Shown here piece after piece: positions 50,530 to 63,819 of a DNA stretch of 64,000 bases. Under the pieces are notes generated by a model, which saw only the letters and a list, made by a program, of their open reading frames with translations, was not told the origin of the DNA and searched no databases. This DNA comes from Squalus acanthias. Taxonomy: Eukaryota. How positions within the stretch are numbered: position 1 is the first letter of the stretch; every line of letters starts with the position of its first letter. The translations under genes and the position numbers were made by a program. The stretch spans positions 178,624,001 to 178,688,000 of the forward strand of contig CM059425.1 in assembly GCA_030390025.1 (NCBI GenBank). The letters run 5' to 3'.

Positions 50530-52718
50530 CCAGAGCTTCCTCAATGGCTCACTGGTTGACAACAATGTGTATCTGAGCTATACAGACAAGGAAAGACCCA
50601 AGTTTGACCTCTGCTCTATGGTGTGTTCGCTGATCTCAACCAGACTGGCAGTGGGCACTCTACAATTGGCGTCAGTGCTCCTGGGTTAGGGAGGGGAAAA
50701 TTGACCAGAGTTCCTGCTCCTTATTCAGGAACATATGGAAGTGCCAATGTGTAGACATCAGGGGGAATTTTTCAGGGGTGGAGAGGGAGGTGGGTGGGGG
50801 TCAGCGGATGCATTTGGTGGCGGGTCGAGTGGGAATTTTTTTTTGGCAGCGGGTAGGGAACCTGCTGTCAACCTGCCACCACGTTAGTTTCCCAGATGTC
50901 GGGTCTGTCAGTGCTGAACAGACCCGACTCCAAGCGGCGAGGAAGGCAATTTAGGTGATTAAGAGCTTGTTAACAGCCTGTTAAAGAGAATTTTTAGCTC
51001 ACCTTAATATTTTACAAGGTCGCCCACGGGTTCCACGCTGCTCAGGGATCACGTCAGATAAGGAGGTCAGGAGTTGTATCACCATGAACTGATCTCTTTA
51101 CTTGACAGCTGCAAATGTGGTATAAAAGCTCCCATCTCACATCTGTTCACTTTCCAAGCTCAGAATCCATTGCTTACTGCATTTGGAAGACAGATTGAGC
51201 TTTATGCAGGTTGCAAGTGTTTGAAGTAAACTTTGTATCCAGTGTCACCTCATTGGAACAATCTCTCTCACCATTGACAGATCGCTTCTGTCATCTCAAG
51301 TTCACCTGCCATCTGTTACATCAGCATTGGTACACTTGAAACTATCTCACCTTGGTCCTCAGAATCCCACCACGATCAGCCCCAACACCAGCAGCACCAG
51401 CACACCAGCAGCACTGACAACACCAACAACCTTCTCCGCAATCAACTGATGCTGCACAGGACACAGGGCATCAGCACCCGACCACATTGCTGCCCGGGAC
51501 ACCAGGGATGGCCTCACCATGGCCAGATTTTTTCACTTGACGCTGTACACCCTGGCTGCCACATGATGCACCAGGTTGGCACCACCGACACCAACACCAT
51601 AAAGCATCCCTACAATGCCCAAGCCATTCCTTTCACACTCATCACCATTGCTGGGGGTACCGTTATGTCTCACCATTCACTGCAACTCACTAAGTCACTT
51701 CCAAAGGTGTACACAATCTGTCCAAGATCGCAAAGTGTTGAAAACAAAGGGTTCATTGTTTGACAGCATATTACCAGAAACTTCACATGAACATTGGCTA
51801 AAACACACAAGTGCCTACCCTTGTGTGTTGTTAGTTGGTATGATTGGACTAGGATGAGGGTGAGTATGAGGGGTAGCTAGTGAGATGGAGAAGTGATAAT
51901 GTAGATAGAGAGGGATGGGTGGAAGTGCAAGGTAAGTTGGTGTGAGTAAGGATGTGCAGGCGTAGGGTAGGGAATGCAGAGTGATGGGGATGTGATGAGT
52001 GGCACAGCAGGATGAGGTTGAGTGTGGCTTTGCAGTAACGTTTCGTGATCTACTGAGATCATCGAAAGGTTTGTGCCACTGCAGCCTGGTCCTCCTGACG
52101 ACATCCCTGCTTGTGTCCTCCTGTGCAATGTGCAACCAGGCTGCGTTGATCTCCTGGGGAGGTCTCTTCCAACCCATTGGAAGGGAAGAGAACCTCCCTG
52201 CGTGCTGTGACTCCCTCCATAAGCATATGGAGGGAGTCATGGGAGAGCTTGGGTGCAGCCGTGCATCTTTGTGCAGTGCTTGTCAGTATTTGCAGCACCT
52301 CAATGCTGTAGAACACTGACAGCACAACAGTCAAAATCAATTTGCGTATGGTTCCTTTAAGGAAACCGGCTGATGACACGTCATCAAATGACGTTGTTAG
52401 ACCCGCTTCCTTCAATTGGCTGGGAAAAGCGCTGGATGGGCCTAACAAGCCCAATCAACGTAAGATCACTTTGGACAGCGGGCTGGAGCCAGCAGCGGGG
52501 TCGCAACCCGCCACCAACCCCAGCCGCACCGGACCTGCCGAGGTAGGCGAAATCGTGGCCATCAAGTGAGGATAGGATTGGGTTTGGTTCTAATGCTTTC
52601 CATGGTTAACACTCATTGTTTGGCTGCCATATGAATAATGCTCACTTGAGTGAGATACCAGAGGGTGACACTGCCTGCGAAACTGTATCCCAGCAATACT
52701 TTCAGGAGGAGAGAAAGT
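50530..52718 (+). mobile_element. SINE-like repeat split by Harbinger derivative
   Basis: GTGTAGACATC|AAGTGAGGATAGGATTGGG rejoin. Confidence 0.65.
50760..52560. mobile_element. Internally deleted Harbinger
   Basis: TSD ATC; transposase 5' remnant near 51326 (IGTLETISPWSSESHHDQPQHQQ, +); Myb exon 1 near 52270-52035 (-). Confidence 0.82.
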
Positions 52719-53774
52719 TGGTGAGGAAACTCCAGCCCTGATACTAGTGTTATACTGGTAATGAGAGAAACAAAAAAGTCTGGATACAGGCCTCATATTG
52801 ACTTGATGTCCATATTAGCATGAAGTAAAGTGGGCAAGGTATGAGACTGAAATCTGTGTCACCTATGTCCATGCCCCAGTGCGGTGACATCAGTTCATCC
52901 ATTCTGGCACCTAAGCAGGTGGATTCTAAGATAGGGGTCTGCCACGTCAGCCACAACTTGTATCCACATAGGGAGTTGTATTGTAGGCATGCTGAGCATA
53001 AAAGTAAACCCTAGCTTTAAGTCATTATGAATGAGAGGGGGAGGGCAATTCTTATTTATGGTTAACAAAAGCTAGAGCATGATTTCTACTTGCAATTTTA
53101 ATGCAAATTCAGAGTATCTGTGGCATCATAGCTGTTGTATAAAATGCACTGGCGAGGGTAACAGAAAACCAAGGACAAAAAGAAAGCAAAGTAATAAAAA
53201 CTGGAATGTACAAAATTAAATAGTCCAGCAATGATTCAGAGTATTGTCCTGACATGGCTATTCAGTCTCTCTAATTACATATGGTACATTGAAAATTACA
53301 AATTATGTGCAGCATTTATTTGAATTCAATTCACTTAATTGCAGGATCATCAACTGTCTATTTTATTGTTCCTTACTACTGATGTGGAACATCACCAATT
53401 AAAATAAAATGTAGGTCTGCAATAATCCTTTGTCTCTCCCAGAATGACTTTTCCCATGAAGTGAGAGGGTTCATGCCACTGACTGGACTTAAATTCTGAG
53501 TCCAAGTTAAATTTAGAAATATGTTTATTTTATTTTGTAAGCCTTCAAGTTAATTACAGCCCCAATGTTATGCCTCAGTCAATTTATAAACTAAGATGAT
53601 AAACTATAAAAGAGCTTGTGAAATTTGTTCCAGGCATGAAAAATTTTCAACTGAAGTCAGCAAAATAAGATGGTATTAAAATAATTCCTTCATGCAAATC
53701 AGTTTGATGTTCAGACGTTTGCTTTCAGATTACAAACACATTTCCTCATATGTTATATGGAACAAACATTGTGA

Positions 53775-55522
53775 TAAGTACGATTAGGGACAAAGAAGGT
53801 GATATATGCTTAGAGGCGCAGGGCAAGGTTAGATTACTCAGTGAGTACTTTGTATCGGTGTTTACTAAGGAGGTGGATGCTGACAAAGTGGAAAAGGTAG
53901 GAGCAATGGAAGGGGTGAAAATTGATAGACAGGATGTACTAGAAAGTCTGGGTATGCTTAGAGTGGATAAGTCGCCTGGTCCAGATGGCTTGCATCCCAG
54001 GTTGCTAAGGGAATTGGGGGAGGAGATAGCAGAAGGGCTTGCCATCATTTTCCAATCTTCCAGAGATGTGGGGGAGGTGGCTGAGGATTGGAAAGTGGCA
54101 AATGTGACACCATTGTTCAAGAAAGGGTGTAAGGACAATCCTAGTGACTACAGGCCGGTCAGTTTAACATCAGTGGTGGGTAAAGTTTTAGAAGCAATAA
54201 TCAAGGAAAAAATGAATGGGCACTTGGAGAGGTTTAAGCTAATTAAGGAGAGCCAACACGGATTTGTAAAAGGCAGATCGTGTTTGACTAATCTAATTGG
54301 ATTTTTTGATGAAGTAACAGGGAGGATTGATGAAGGGAATGAAATGGATGTTGTCTACATGGATTTTAGGAAGGCATTTGACAAAGTACCACATAGAAGC
54401 TGGTTATCAAAATTGAGGCTCATGGAATAGGTGGGTCATTGGCAGCTTGGATAAGGAATTGGCTTAAGGACAGAAAACAGCGAATTGTGGTAAATGGCTG
54501 TTTTTCAGACAGGCGGATGGTAGACAGTGGTGTTCCCCAAGGGTCAGTGCTGGGGCCACTGCTTTTTCTGATGTATATAAATGACCTGGATATTGGAATA
54601 CAGAGTAGAATTTCTAAATTTGCCGATGACACCAAACTTGGGGGTGTGGCAAACAATGAGGATGATACCAATCGACTGCAACAGGACATAGAAAAGCAGA
54701 ATGGGAAGAGAAGTGGCAGATGGAATTTAATACAGAGAAGTGTGAGGTGATGCATTTTTGCAGAAGGAACAGGGAGAGGCAATATGCACTTAATGGCACA
54801 GTTTTAAAGAGTGTGCAGGGACAGAGAGACCTGGGAGTTAATGTGCATAGGTCCCTGAAGGTGGCAGGACATATTGAGAGAGTGGTTAGCAAAGCATATG
54901 GGATCTTGGGCTTCATAAATAGAGGTATTGAGTACAAAAGTAGAGAAGTTGTGCTGAACCTTTATAAAGCGCTGGTTAGACCACAACTGGAGTATTGCGT
55001 CCAGTTCTGGTCACCACTCTTTAGGAAGGATGTGAAGGCCCTTGAGAGGGGGCAGAGGAGATTTACCAGAATGGTTCCGGGGATGGGGGATCTTAGTTAC
55101 AAGGATAGGTTGGAGAAGCTGGATTTGTTTTCATTAGAGCAAAGGAGGTTGAGGGGTGATTTGACAGAGGTGTACAAGATTATAATGGGTTTGGATAGGC
55201 TAGACGGGGAAAGACTGTTCCCAGTAGTTGATGGCACAAGGACTAGGGGACACATATTAAAGGTTTTGGGATACAGGGGGGATGTGAGGAAAAACCTTTT
55301 TACGCAGCGAGTGTTGAGGGCCTGGAACTCGCTGCCGACGGAAGTGGAGGAAGCGGAGACACTCAATGTTTTCAAGGGGAGACTGGATAGGCACTTGAGG
55401 GAAATAAATTTGCAGGGCTACGGGGATAGCGTGGGGGAATAGGACTGACTGGATTGCTCTACAGAGAGCTGACATGGACTCAATGGGCTGAATGGCCTCC
55501 TTCTGTGCCGTTATGACTCTAT
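53775..55522 (+). mobile_element. CR1 LINE 3' half
   Basis: KSPGPDGLHPR, DYRPVSLTS, GVPQGSVLGP, FADDTK, WNSLP; tail continues at 56394. Confidence 0.92.
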
Positions 55523-56393
55523 GGGCTAGATTTTACCAGCCCTGAGGAGGCGGGGTTGGAGGCGGAACTGCTAGGAAAATAAAAAAGAATGGGACCGGGT
55601 CCCGAACCCGCTCCCAACCCGCCTCCAACCAATCTTCCCGGGAGTCGGGTCCCCGATTTGCGCAGGGACCCGACTCCTAGCGGAGGGAAGAGGATTATAG
55701 CCACTTAATTGCCTGTTAACAGGTAGTTAACAGGCAGTTAAGAGGCTTTTTCTCATTTTGCGACTTCTGCTGTGGGCTTCCTGACGTTGGGGAACCCCGC
55801 CAGGTTAAGTGAGGCGTGCTGTGGGTCTGTTGTAATGTTTGTGTATTGATGACAGCTGTAGAAGTGGTGTGAAGGATGCAATCAGACACTGGTGAGTATC
55901 AGAGGTAAGGAAATGTTGGGAAAGTCATTTTTAACGTGTTTAAATTTTTCTGTAGGTGACAAACTTTGAAGTGTTTGTGTGGCCTCACCTCATTGGGAGA
56001 AGTGACAGATTGCTTCTGTACCCTCACCTGCAGCTGCCATCTGTTTTATCCTAAGGAGAGAATCATTGGATAGCCTGGGTGCAAGGGTTCACCTTTGTAC
56101 AGTGATTGTCAGTGTTTGACAGCACCTCAATGCTGCCAAACACTGACAGATCATCTGTCAAAAATAAATGTTTCATGTCCCTTTAAGAAAACCGGCAGAT
56201 GAAGCATCATCAACTGACGTCATCTGACACTGGCTTTCCCTTAATTGGCCAGCAAGCCCGCAGGGTGGGCTTAACAAGGCCAATCAGGGGAAAATAGCAT
56301 CTGTGCGTCGGACGTCGATGGGGCCGGGACTAGAACCCGGAAGGCAGCAGTCCCGCCCCCCCCCAACTCATCTCGGTAAGTAAAATCCAGCCC
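55523..56393. mobile_element. Harbinger MITE (family B) in CR1 tail
   Basis: TIR GGGCTAGATTTTAC / GTAAAATCCAGCCC, TSD TAT. Confidence 0.9.
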
Positions 56394-56699
56394 TATGACT
56401 CGATGATTATTATATTGCACTTTAACTAACGTAGAAAGGTCAATCTATATTGGAAGAAATGTTGTTAAGGGTCCTCATACAAAGGCTTCATCCTCTGTTG
56501 AACTGGCCTTCGACTCTCTTCAAGCGATAAATTAGCTCCTCAATACCTGCATTCATTAGTGTCTCATTAACTGTAGAATAAATCTAATGATGACTGTGTC
56601 ATTCCAGGTGCAACATAAACACTAGTATCAATTTATGGCATAGGTCCAGCTTAGCATATTGAACCCTAACCATAGGTCAGCTGCTTGATACATGTATGA

Positions 56700-56930
56700 C
56701 CAGCACATTGACATATGATCCCTTTGTTAGGAGGAGAAGGCAAAAAAGTTGTGGAAGGAGATGACCTCGACTATCACTGCCAGTACAGTCCCGATGGTGC
56801 AGGTTGGCTGTAGGTACCCTTGCAGCTGATGACACAGATCTTCAACTAAGTCCATGTTGACCAGGAGCCTGTGGAACCCCATGATCAATGCCAGAGCCTG
56901 TTGATACGATTGACGGGTAGGGCCAATTTA
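56700..56930. mobile_element. Old Harbinger remnant (convergent Myb and transposase fragments)
   Basis: Plus strand KKLWKEMTSTITAS; minus strand HRLLVNMDLVEDLCHQLQGYLQP resembles [23 protein letters not shown]. Confidence 0.45.
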
Positions 56931-57172
56931 GCTCTGGTACATGCTGATCTGTCTGCCATGCCTTCTTGTACATAACAATCACAAAATGTTGTATTCGGGG
57001 TACTTCAAAACTAACCCTCATCATTAATTGTAACTTGACTTGCCAACCAGCAAAGGATGTTTCATTCAGATACCTTGTTGTTCCCAGAGCTTGTGTGAAC
57101 ATTTGTATTGTTGAAAATCATTTCTCATGTTCCCTCTTTTTTTGATTCTTCCTGGTTTTTTTGGTTCTTCCA

Positions 57173-57667
57173 ACTTGAGGTCATCCAAAACTCTGCTGCC
57201 CGTGTCCTAACTCGCACCTAGTCCCGTTCACCCATCACCCCTGTGCTCACTGACCTACATTGGCTCCCGGTTAAGCAATGCTTCGATTTGAAAAATTCTA
57301 TCCTTATTTTCAAATTCTTCCATGGCCTCGCCCCTCCCTATCTCTACAATCTCCTCCAGCCCCACAACCCTCTGAGATATCTGCACTCCTCTAATTCTGA
57401 CCTCTCCGCATCCCCGATTTCAATCGGTCCACCATTGGTGGCCGTGCCTTCAGCTGACAAGGCCCTCAGCTCTGGAATTCCACACTAAACCTCTCCGCCT
57501 CTCTTTCCTCCTTTAAGATGCTCCTTAAAACCTACCTCTTTGACCAAGCTCTGCCTTAATATCTCCTTATGTGGTTCGGTGTCAAATGTTGTTTTATAAC
57601 ACTCCTGTGAAGCGCCTTGGGATGTTTTACTACATTAAAGGTGCTATATAAATACAAGTTGTTGTTG
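57173..57667 (+). mobile_element. L2 LINE 3' fragment
   Basis: IQNSAARVLT...LHWLPV; L2 tail. Confidence 0.88.
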
Positions 57668-58531
57668 ATTTGCTGAAGCTGTGTAAATTTACCAATTATA
57701 GACTTTCCCACAATCCACTTAATGAATTAGCAGACAATTCAGCTTCTTTTGGTTTCACATAAATGTCATGTAGTGATACGAGGAAAAAGAATTCTCAGAA
57801 AAAAATGTACAAAAACTGAAAAAAGGGGCAGATTTTCTGAAAGTATCTCTAGTTGGATGTTAGTCAGTAGTTAGTCCAGCATTATTAGCACCCACTTGAC
57901 CAGTTTGCTGACCCTGTCTGATTTTGTGGGCTGCTTACAAGACATGATAGATGGATTTAAAGGGATACAGCCACTTAACGGTACCAAAAATGTTGGTAGA
58001 ATTTACAACGGCTGTTAATATTTTTAATGTATATTTCACCCTTTGCAAAAGTTATTGCTGTAACAAAAATGTTGGGGTAATAGCTGGCACAAGAAAGATG
58101 AAAGCAGAAACTAAGTTTTGGCCAAGTGATGGAGCAGCGAAACACTCGAGTCCCCGTTTGATAGCTGGCAAAGTCGAAATGGTGCTGGATGGGTTGTCTG
58201 CAATGAAGTTGGTCTTGTTTGACAGTCCAAAGTGCCCTCCCTATAGGATTGCATTGAAGTATGTGTGAAAGGATGAACATGGAGGAAGAAGACTTGAGGG
58301 CACAGCTAACCATTACTATCACTGGCAAAGCAAGTCCTATAATGCCTTCTTGCTGCAGGTGTCCTTGTAACAGATAGAAAGCTCTACATCTGGCCCAGCG
58401 TATGTGTATCAAGTTCCACATGGTCAGTGCCAAATAGATGCACATCTGCCTGTGAATGTGGGTGTGGGAGTACCAGAAAATGGGTGCCGACTACCTCTAC
58501 CTAACCGATCTCGCACCCATGCTTTGCTTTT

Positions 58532-58848
58532 AGGAACATAGGAACAGGAGTAGGCCATTCAACCCTCACACCTGCTCCGCCAATCAATTAGATCATGGCT
58601 AATCTTAACTTGATCAATCCACCTTGGTTCCATATCCCTTAATACCATAACCTAACAAAAATCTATCACAGTTTTGAAATTTTCAATTGACCTAGCCTCC
58701 ACAGCTTTTTGGAGGAGAGAGTTCCAGATTTCCACTACCCTTTGTGTGAAGACATCACCCCTGAATGGCCTAGATCGAATTTTAAGGTTATACCCCCTTG
58801 TTCAGGACTCCCCCAACAGAGGAAATCGTTTATCTCTATCTATGCTAT
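58532..58848 (-). mobile_element. CR1 3' end
   Basis: AGGAACATAGGAACAGGAGTAGGCCATTC tail and 3'UTR. Confidence 0.8.
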
Positions 58849-58854
58849 CAGTTC

Positions 58855-60135
58855 TATTCGCAACTCCTCAGATAATGAAGCAGTCCATGCCGACATTCAT
58901 CAAGACCTGGACGACATTCAGGCTTGGGCTGAAAAGTGGCAAGTAACATTCGCACCACACAAGTGCCAGGCAATGACTATCTCCAACAAGAGAGCATCTA
59001 ACCACCTCCCCATGACATTCAACGGCATTACCATCGCCGAATCCCCCACCATCAACATCCTGGGGGGGTCACCATTGACCAGTAATTTAACTGGACCAGC
59101 AACATAAATACTGTGGCTACAAGAGCAGGTCAGAGGCTGGGTATTCTGCAGCGAGTGTCTCACCTCCTGACTCCCCAAAGCCTTTGCACCATCTACAAGG
59201 CACAAGTCAGGAGTGTGATGGAATACTCTCCACTTGCCTGGATTTGTGTAGCTCCAACAACACTCAAGAAGCTCGACACCAACCAGGACAAAGCAGCCCG
59301 CTTGATTGGCACCCCATCCACCACCTTAAACATTCACTCCCTCCACCACCGGCGTACATAAGAACATAAGAAATAGGAGCAGGAGTAGGCCAATCGGCCC
59401 CTCGAGCCTGCTCCGCCATTCAATAAGATCATGGCTGATCTGATCCTAACCGCCAATCTACTATCTATCACAGAACCATCTCCTGCATCTAACAGAATTG
59501 CACACACGAAATAGGAGCAGAATCAGGCTACACAGTCCCTGGGCCCGCTCCACTACCCACAGGGCCATGTCCGATCCGAACCTAGACTCATGTCCAAATT
59601 CCTGCCCGCTCCCCGTAACCCTTAATGCCCTTTACTTCTAGGAAACTGTCTATTTCTGTTTTAAATTTAATTAATGTTGTAGCTTCTACAGCTTTTGTGG
59701 CAGCATATTCCATGGACCTACCACCCTCTGAGTGAAGTAGTTCCTCCTCATCTCAGTACCGTGGCTGCAGTGTGTACCATCTACAAGATGCACTGCAGCA
59801 ACTCGCCAAGGCTTCTTTGGCAGAACCTCCCAAACCCGCAACCTTTACCATCTGGAAGGACAAGGGCAGCAGGTGCATGGGAACACCATCACCTCCAAGT
59901 TTCCCTCCAAGTTACACACTATCCTGACTTGGAAGTATATCGCCGTTCCTTCGTCGTTGCTGGGTCAAAATCCTGGAACTCCCTCCCCAACAGCACTGTG
60001 GGAGTACCTTCACCACAAAGACTACAGCAGTTCAAGAAGGCAGCTCACCACCACCTTCTCAAGGGCAATTAGGGATGGGCAATAAATGCTGGTCTTGCCA
60101 GCGACGCCCACATCCCAGGAACGAATTAAAAAAAA
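58855..60135 (+). mobile_element. CR1-group LINE 3' part with A-rich tail
   Basis: QDLDDIQAWAEKWQVTFAPHKC...; AATAAA and A-tail near 60081-60135; interrupted at 59358-59755. Confidence 0.88.
59358..59755 (-). mobile_element. CR1 3' end nested in the LINE above
   Basis: ACATAAGAACATAAGAAATAGGAGC tail; host rejoins CGGCGTAC|CGTGGCTG with GTAC duplicated. Confidence 0.8.
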
Positions 60136-60519
60136 CAAATTGACTATATGGGTTTAAGACAATTTTTCTAGGCTCTCAGCACCTGTTCCACCCCTTTTGT
60201 TTCTGTGTTGAGCTACTGATAGGACTATGGTGCTAAAATTACATGGTTTTGCTCCTGGTGCGGCACCTCACTGGGCCTGAGTATGGGTTAGAGACAGGGT
60301 TCTAACACTATAACCCAGATTCTCTGACCCATGTTTGCCATTAGCTTCTCATTTTGGCCCTGATATGTTTTGCACTGAGTGGATTTAGTGTTTTTGAAGC
60401 TCTGCTGACTCTAGGGAACCTGATATATTGCGTGGAATTGTCCGTAGGCCCAAAATTGCAAGACTCCATTGGTAGGATGCTGCTGGTGGTGGATTAGTGA
60501 TTTTGGGTGTGCACCAGAG

Positions 60520-61054
60520 TCGCCGGAATTTTCCCCTGAAAAAACATGGGTTTGGAGCGTGGGGGCAGTTAAAGTGTTAGAAATGGGATTCCCGACCTGA
60601 TCCCGCCTCCAACCCACCCACTTGCGGTTTTGCCGGAGGTGGGACGGGGGGTGGGCAACCAACCCGCTCCCAGGGGGCGTTACCTCAATTTAAATATTAT
60701 AATGAGGCGGGAAGCCTCTTTTTCCCCTGTCTTGTTTTGTTTTTAACTGCCTGTGGGCAATTCGTGAAACCCGACAGTTAAACAGAGGCGGGGACTGCTG
60801 CATCCAGGAGGTAAGTGACTTTATACCTACCTCCTGGATCCATGGTCCTGACCATAGCCACCCCTTGAGGTCTCCGGTCACCCCTGCCAGGCCTCCCCCC
60901 ACCCCCCCAACGATGATGATGAGGCTGTCCATGATCCTCCAGTGGGCGGCCCCGATCCTCTCTCCCCCTCTGCCAGTCCCCAGCGCCTGGGACTAACTTT
61001 TCAAACTATTTTGACTTAGCGCCCCAAATGGCCCTCATGGGGAATTTCTCCCCC
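60520..61054. mobile_element. Harbinger-like MITE, degenerate
   Basis: GGAATTTTCCCC / GGGGAATTTC ends; CCCGCCTCC and GAGGCGGG repeats. Confidence 0.55.
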
Positions 61055-61309
61055 TGTGAAAAAATACACTAGATTCAAAACACACAATCGTCGGTATTGA
61101 CAAATTACTTACCACAGTATCCATTATTTAAATATCTTCCAACTTTTAAAAGGTAGCATCAAGGAGTTAATTGTGGTCATTACCTACAATTTAATGCCTA
61201 TATTAGTTCAACCTTAACTCTGAAATATTTGCTCAGTGGTATTCCACCAAAACCCCAGTCGAGCAAACCTCCCGTAGCAGAATACATTGAATACCCTGCT
61301 CATGTGTTT

Positions 61310-61660
61310 GGTCATCCCCTCTACCTCAACCAAATGGCCATTCATCATGTCTGAATCTAGACACTGAATGCCAACAGCTATTTTACCAAGGAGGGCCTTT
61401 AGCTGAGCCTGATCTCATCCTTGTCTGACGTCCATGCACATGCACACATTGCATGAGTCACTGGATAGCAATCAAGAGCAGGAACTATGGCTAATTTTCC
61501 CCTCCCTAGAACATGGACAATGAGGCCAACTGTAGCTTCCCTATTGCTACCAGGTCAGATTAACTAATTCAGCACAGGCCGAGGATTGAACCTGAGCCCT
61601 TTCTATTCTGTATAGCTCAGTTCCATAGCAGGTAGTACAATTAAAAATCTGAGCCATGGG
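61310..61660 (-). mobile_element. SINE-like repeat (unnamed family)
   Basis: Colinear with 36672-37063. Confidence 0.6.
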
Positions 61661-62317
61661 AAAAGCATACAATTTGATTTCAATTATATTTACAGTGACA
61701 TGGTTACGTTACATTACTTTGGAATTTGGCTGGGAGAGAAGTTTGGCTCTGTTCACCATGCTGGCCAGAAACCAGCAACCTTCCTCCTCGTAACTCCAAG
61801 AGGCTCACTTGAGTCCTTTATAGGAGAGTTTCTGGGAACTGTGGGGGCAGCTTCCAGTTCCTCTGTGTCTGATGTGCTACTTCATGAAGAGTGTGACCCT
61901 ATGGAGGCTCTTTTGAGTGATGGGTCCTGTCGAAGCTCAGCAATTTGTGGTAAATGAGGGTCTAATATGATTAATTCTTGCATTATCACCCCTTTCTTTG
62001 CTCCTTGTTAATTATGTCACCTCTTCATATAATAGTTTGCACAACCACTGCTTGATTTTAAAGCTTTTACAGAATATACATTATTCATAGGCAATTTTAT
62101 ACAGTATATTTATCTGACAAACACACAAAAAGAGGGTAGGAAAAGACCATCAAACCCATTAATGTACACCCTACCCATGAGACAGTACAACCTTATGCAG
62201 CACTCTTCATAATCACTAGTAACGCTAACTCTCGGAGGCAATAAAACAGAGTGACCAATTTCAAGAAACACTCTGGGAAATTGCTCGGCGACTCCGAGGG
62301 AATCATGTAAACTCCAG

Positions 62318-62904
62318 GGGATCGATTTTGACTCTGGTGTGACCAACCGGTGGAGCGCACTGACCGGCAGCCCGTTCCGGCAGCAAAGTGACCCCCGCGA
62401 GTTTGAGGCCCTTCATTTAACTTTGGCAGGCGAGCTATGTGGTGCTAAACAGGCCTCCCGATGTAACTTGTTGGGATGAGGCCTCATCATCAGGATCAGG
62501 CCAGGGCATCTGCCAGAAGACTAAGTTGTGGGGAAGGTGGGGGGGGGGGGGGTGGTGGGGGGGGAGTTCTGGGGCCCCCACACTCCTGGGATCCCCACAA
62601 AAATAATTTGTGACTTGCCTTTGGTGGGCCTTTTAGACTATCGCCCGTGCTCCATGCACATTCCGATCAGTTCCAACCTAAAATGGAAATCAGAGTTCTA
62701 TTTACGTCATAGGACCCTGATTTCCTTATTAAAAGGGGCTTAGCACCTGAAACAGGCGGGTGTTTCGGACACCTGGTGGTAGGTCGCTTTCAAAATGGAG
62801 CAGACCGCATAGCTGGTGGTAATGAGACGGTCAGGCTACCAACCCCATTTTGAGGCTGCCACCATTCCATTAACACCAGGCAAAAGCAATGAAAATCGAC
62901 CGCC
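62318..62904. mobile_element. Harbinger-like MITE
   Basis: GGGATCGATTTT / AAAATCGACCGCC ends. Confidence 0.55.
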
Positions 62905-63169
62905 TAGGAGACTATGACACATCACCATATACACTAAACGAATACCCCCTTCCTTTCTTCATACGTCCCAGTGTCCTTAAGAATATAGGACTAGACTGGA
63001 CTGTAAAATATCATTTCCATCTATAAGGCCTGTCCTAAAAGGCATAGCCTTTCTACCCCACTTTATTTGTCATACCCTTCAGTAGCCCTGTCTGCCAAAA
63101 ATGAGCCCTTTACCTTTGTTGCACTGTAGGTTACTTCACATATTCACCACCCTCTGTATGAAGAAGCTA

Positions 63170-63805
63170 GGGTAGATTTTCCCTTATAGGTGCCTGCTGA
63201 GTGCTCAAGAGGTGCAGTGTACCTGAGGTGTGCTGTGCCTGTCAAAGGAGGATCCTGTAATTTTCCTGTCGTGGAACATTTGCATGGCCTGGGTGCAATC
63301 CTGGTGCAAGCCTACCCCTTGGCAGGGCTGCACACTGGAAAACAGGGCAGGAAACAAAAGTGCAGATGCACTCTGGTCACAAGCATCAGGGTCTTTCGGG
63401 TGCTGCTGGAGAGTAAGCCCAAGGCCTAAAGATCATCTGGACGGTAAGAGGTGGAAACTTTAAGGTTTATACTTGCCTGCCTCTGATTGTCATCTTTTGC
63501 TGCCCCAGCACCCTCGTAGACCATCCGGCTCACTAGGAGCCCTTGCAGAAGGTTTCTTGAGGCAACCCTTTGCCACAACAGTCCCACAAAGAGAAAAGTG
63601 GGTGAGAAGTTCATTAAAGTAGTAATGCTGGGCTTGTGCCTACTCCAGCCACAGGTCCAGTGATGTAAATTTAAGAATCCCCAGGATATCCCAGGAGAGG
63701 GCAATTGGGTGGAGACTTGATATAATGGGTTTCTGCCCCTTTTTTGTCTGTACTTCACCTAGGAAATCAGCATTTTCCAGGTACAATGAAGAGGAAAATC
63801 CACCC
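63170..63805. mobile_element. Old Harbinger derivative
   Basis: TIR GGGTAGATTTTCC / GGAAAATCCACCC; degenerate Myb-like ALWSQ...PR...KRW near 63330-63460. Confidence 0.6.
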
Positions 63806-63819
63806 TGTTATATCTTAAC

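Noticed and set aside
61700..61960. Exon-like Ser/Glu-rich reading on either strand
   Set aside because: In-frame stop on the minus strand, weak splice sites, no recognisable homology
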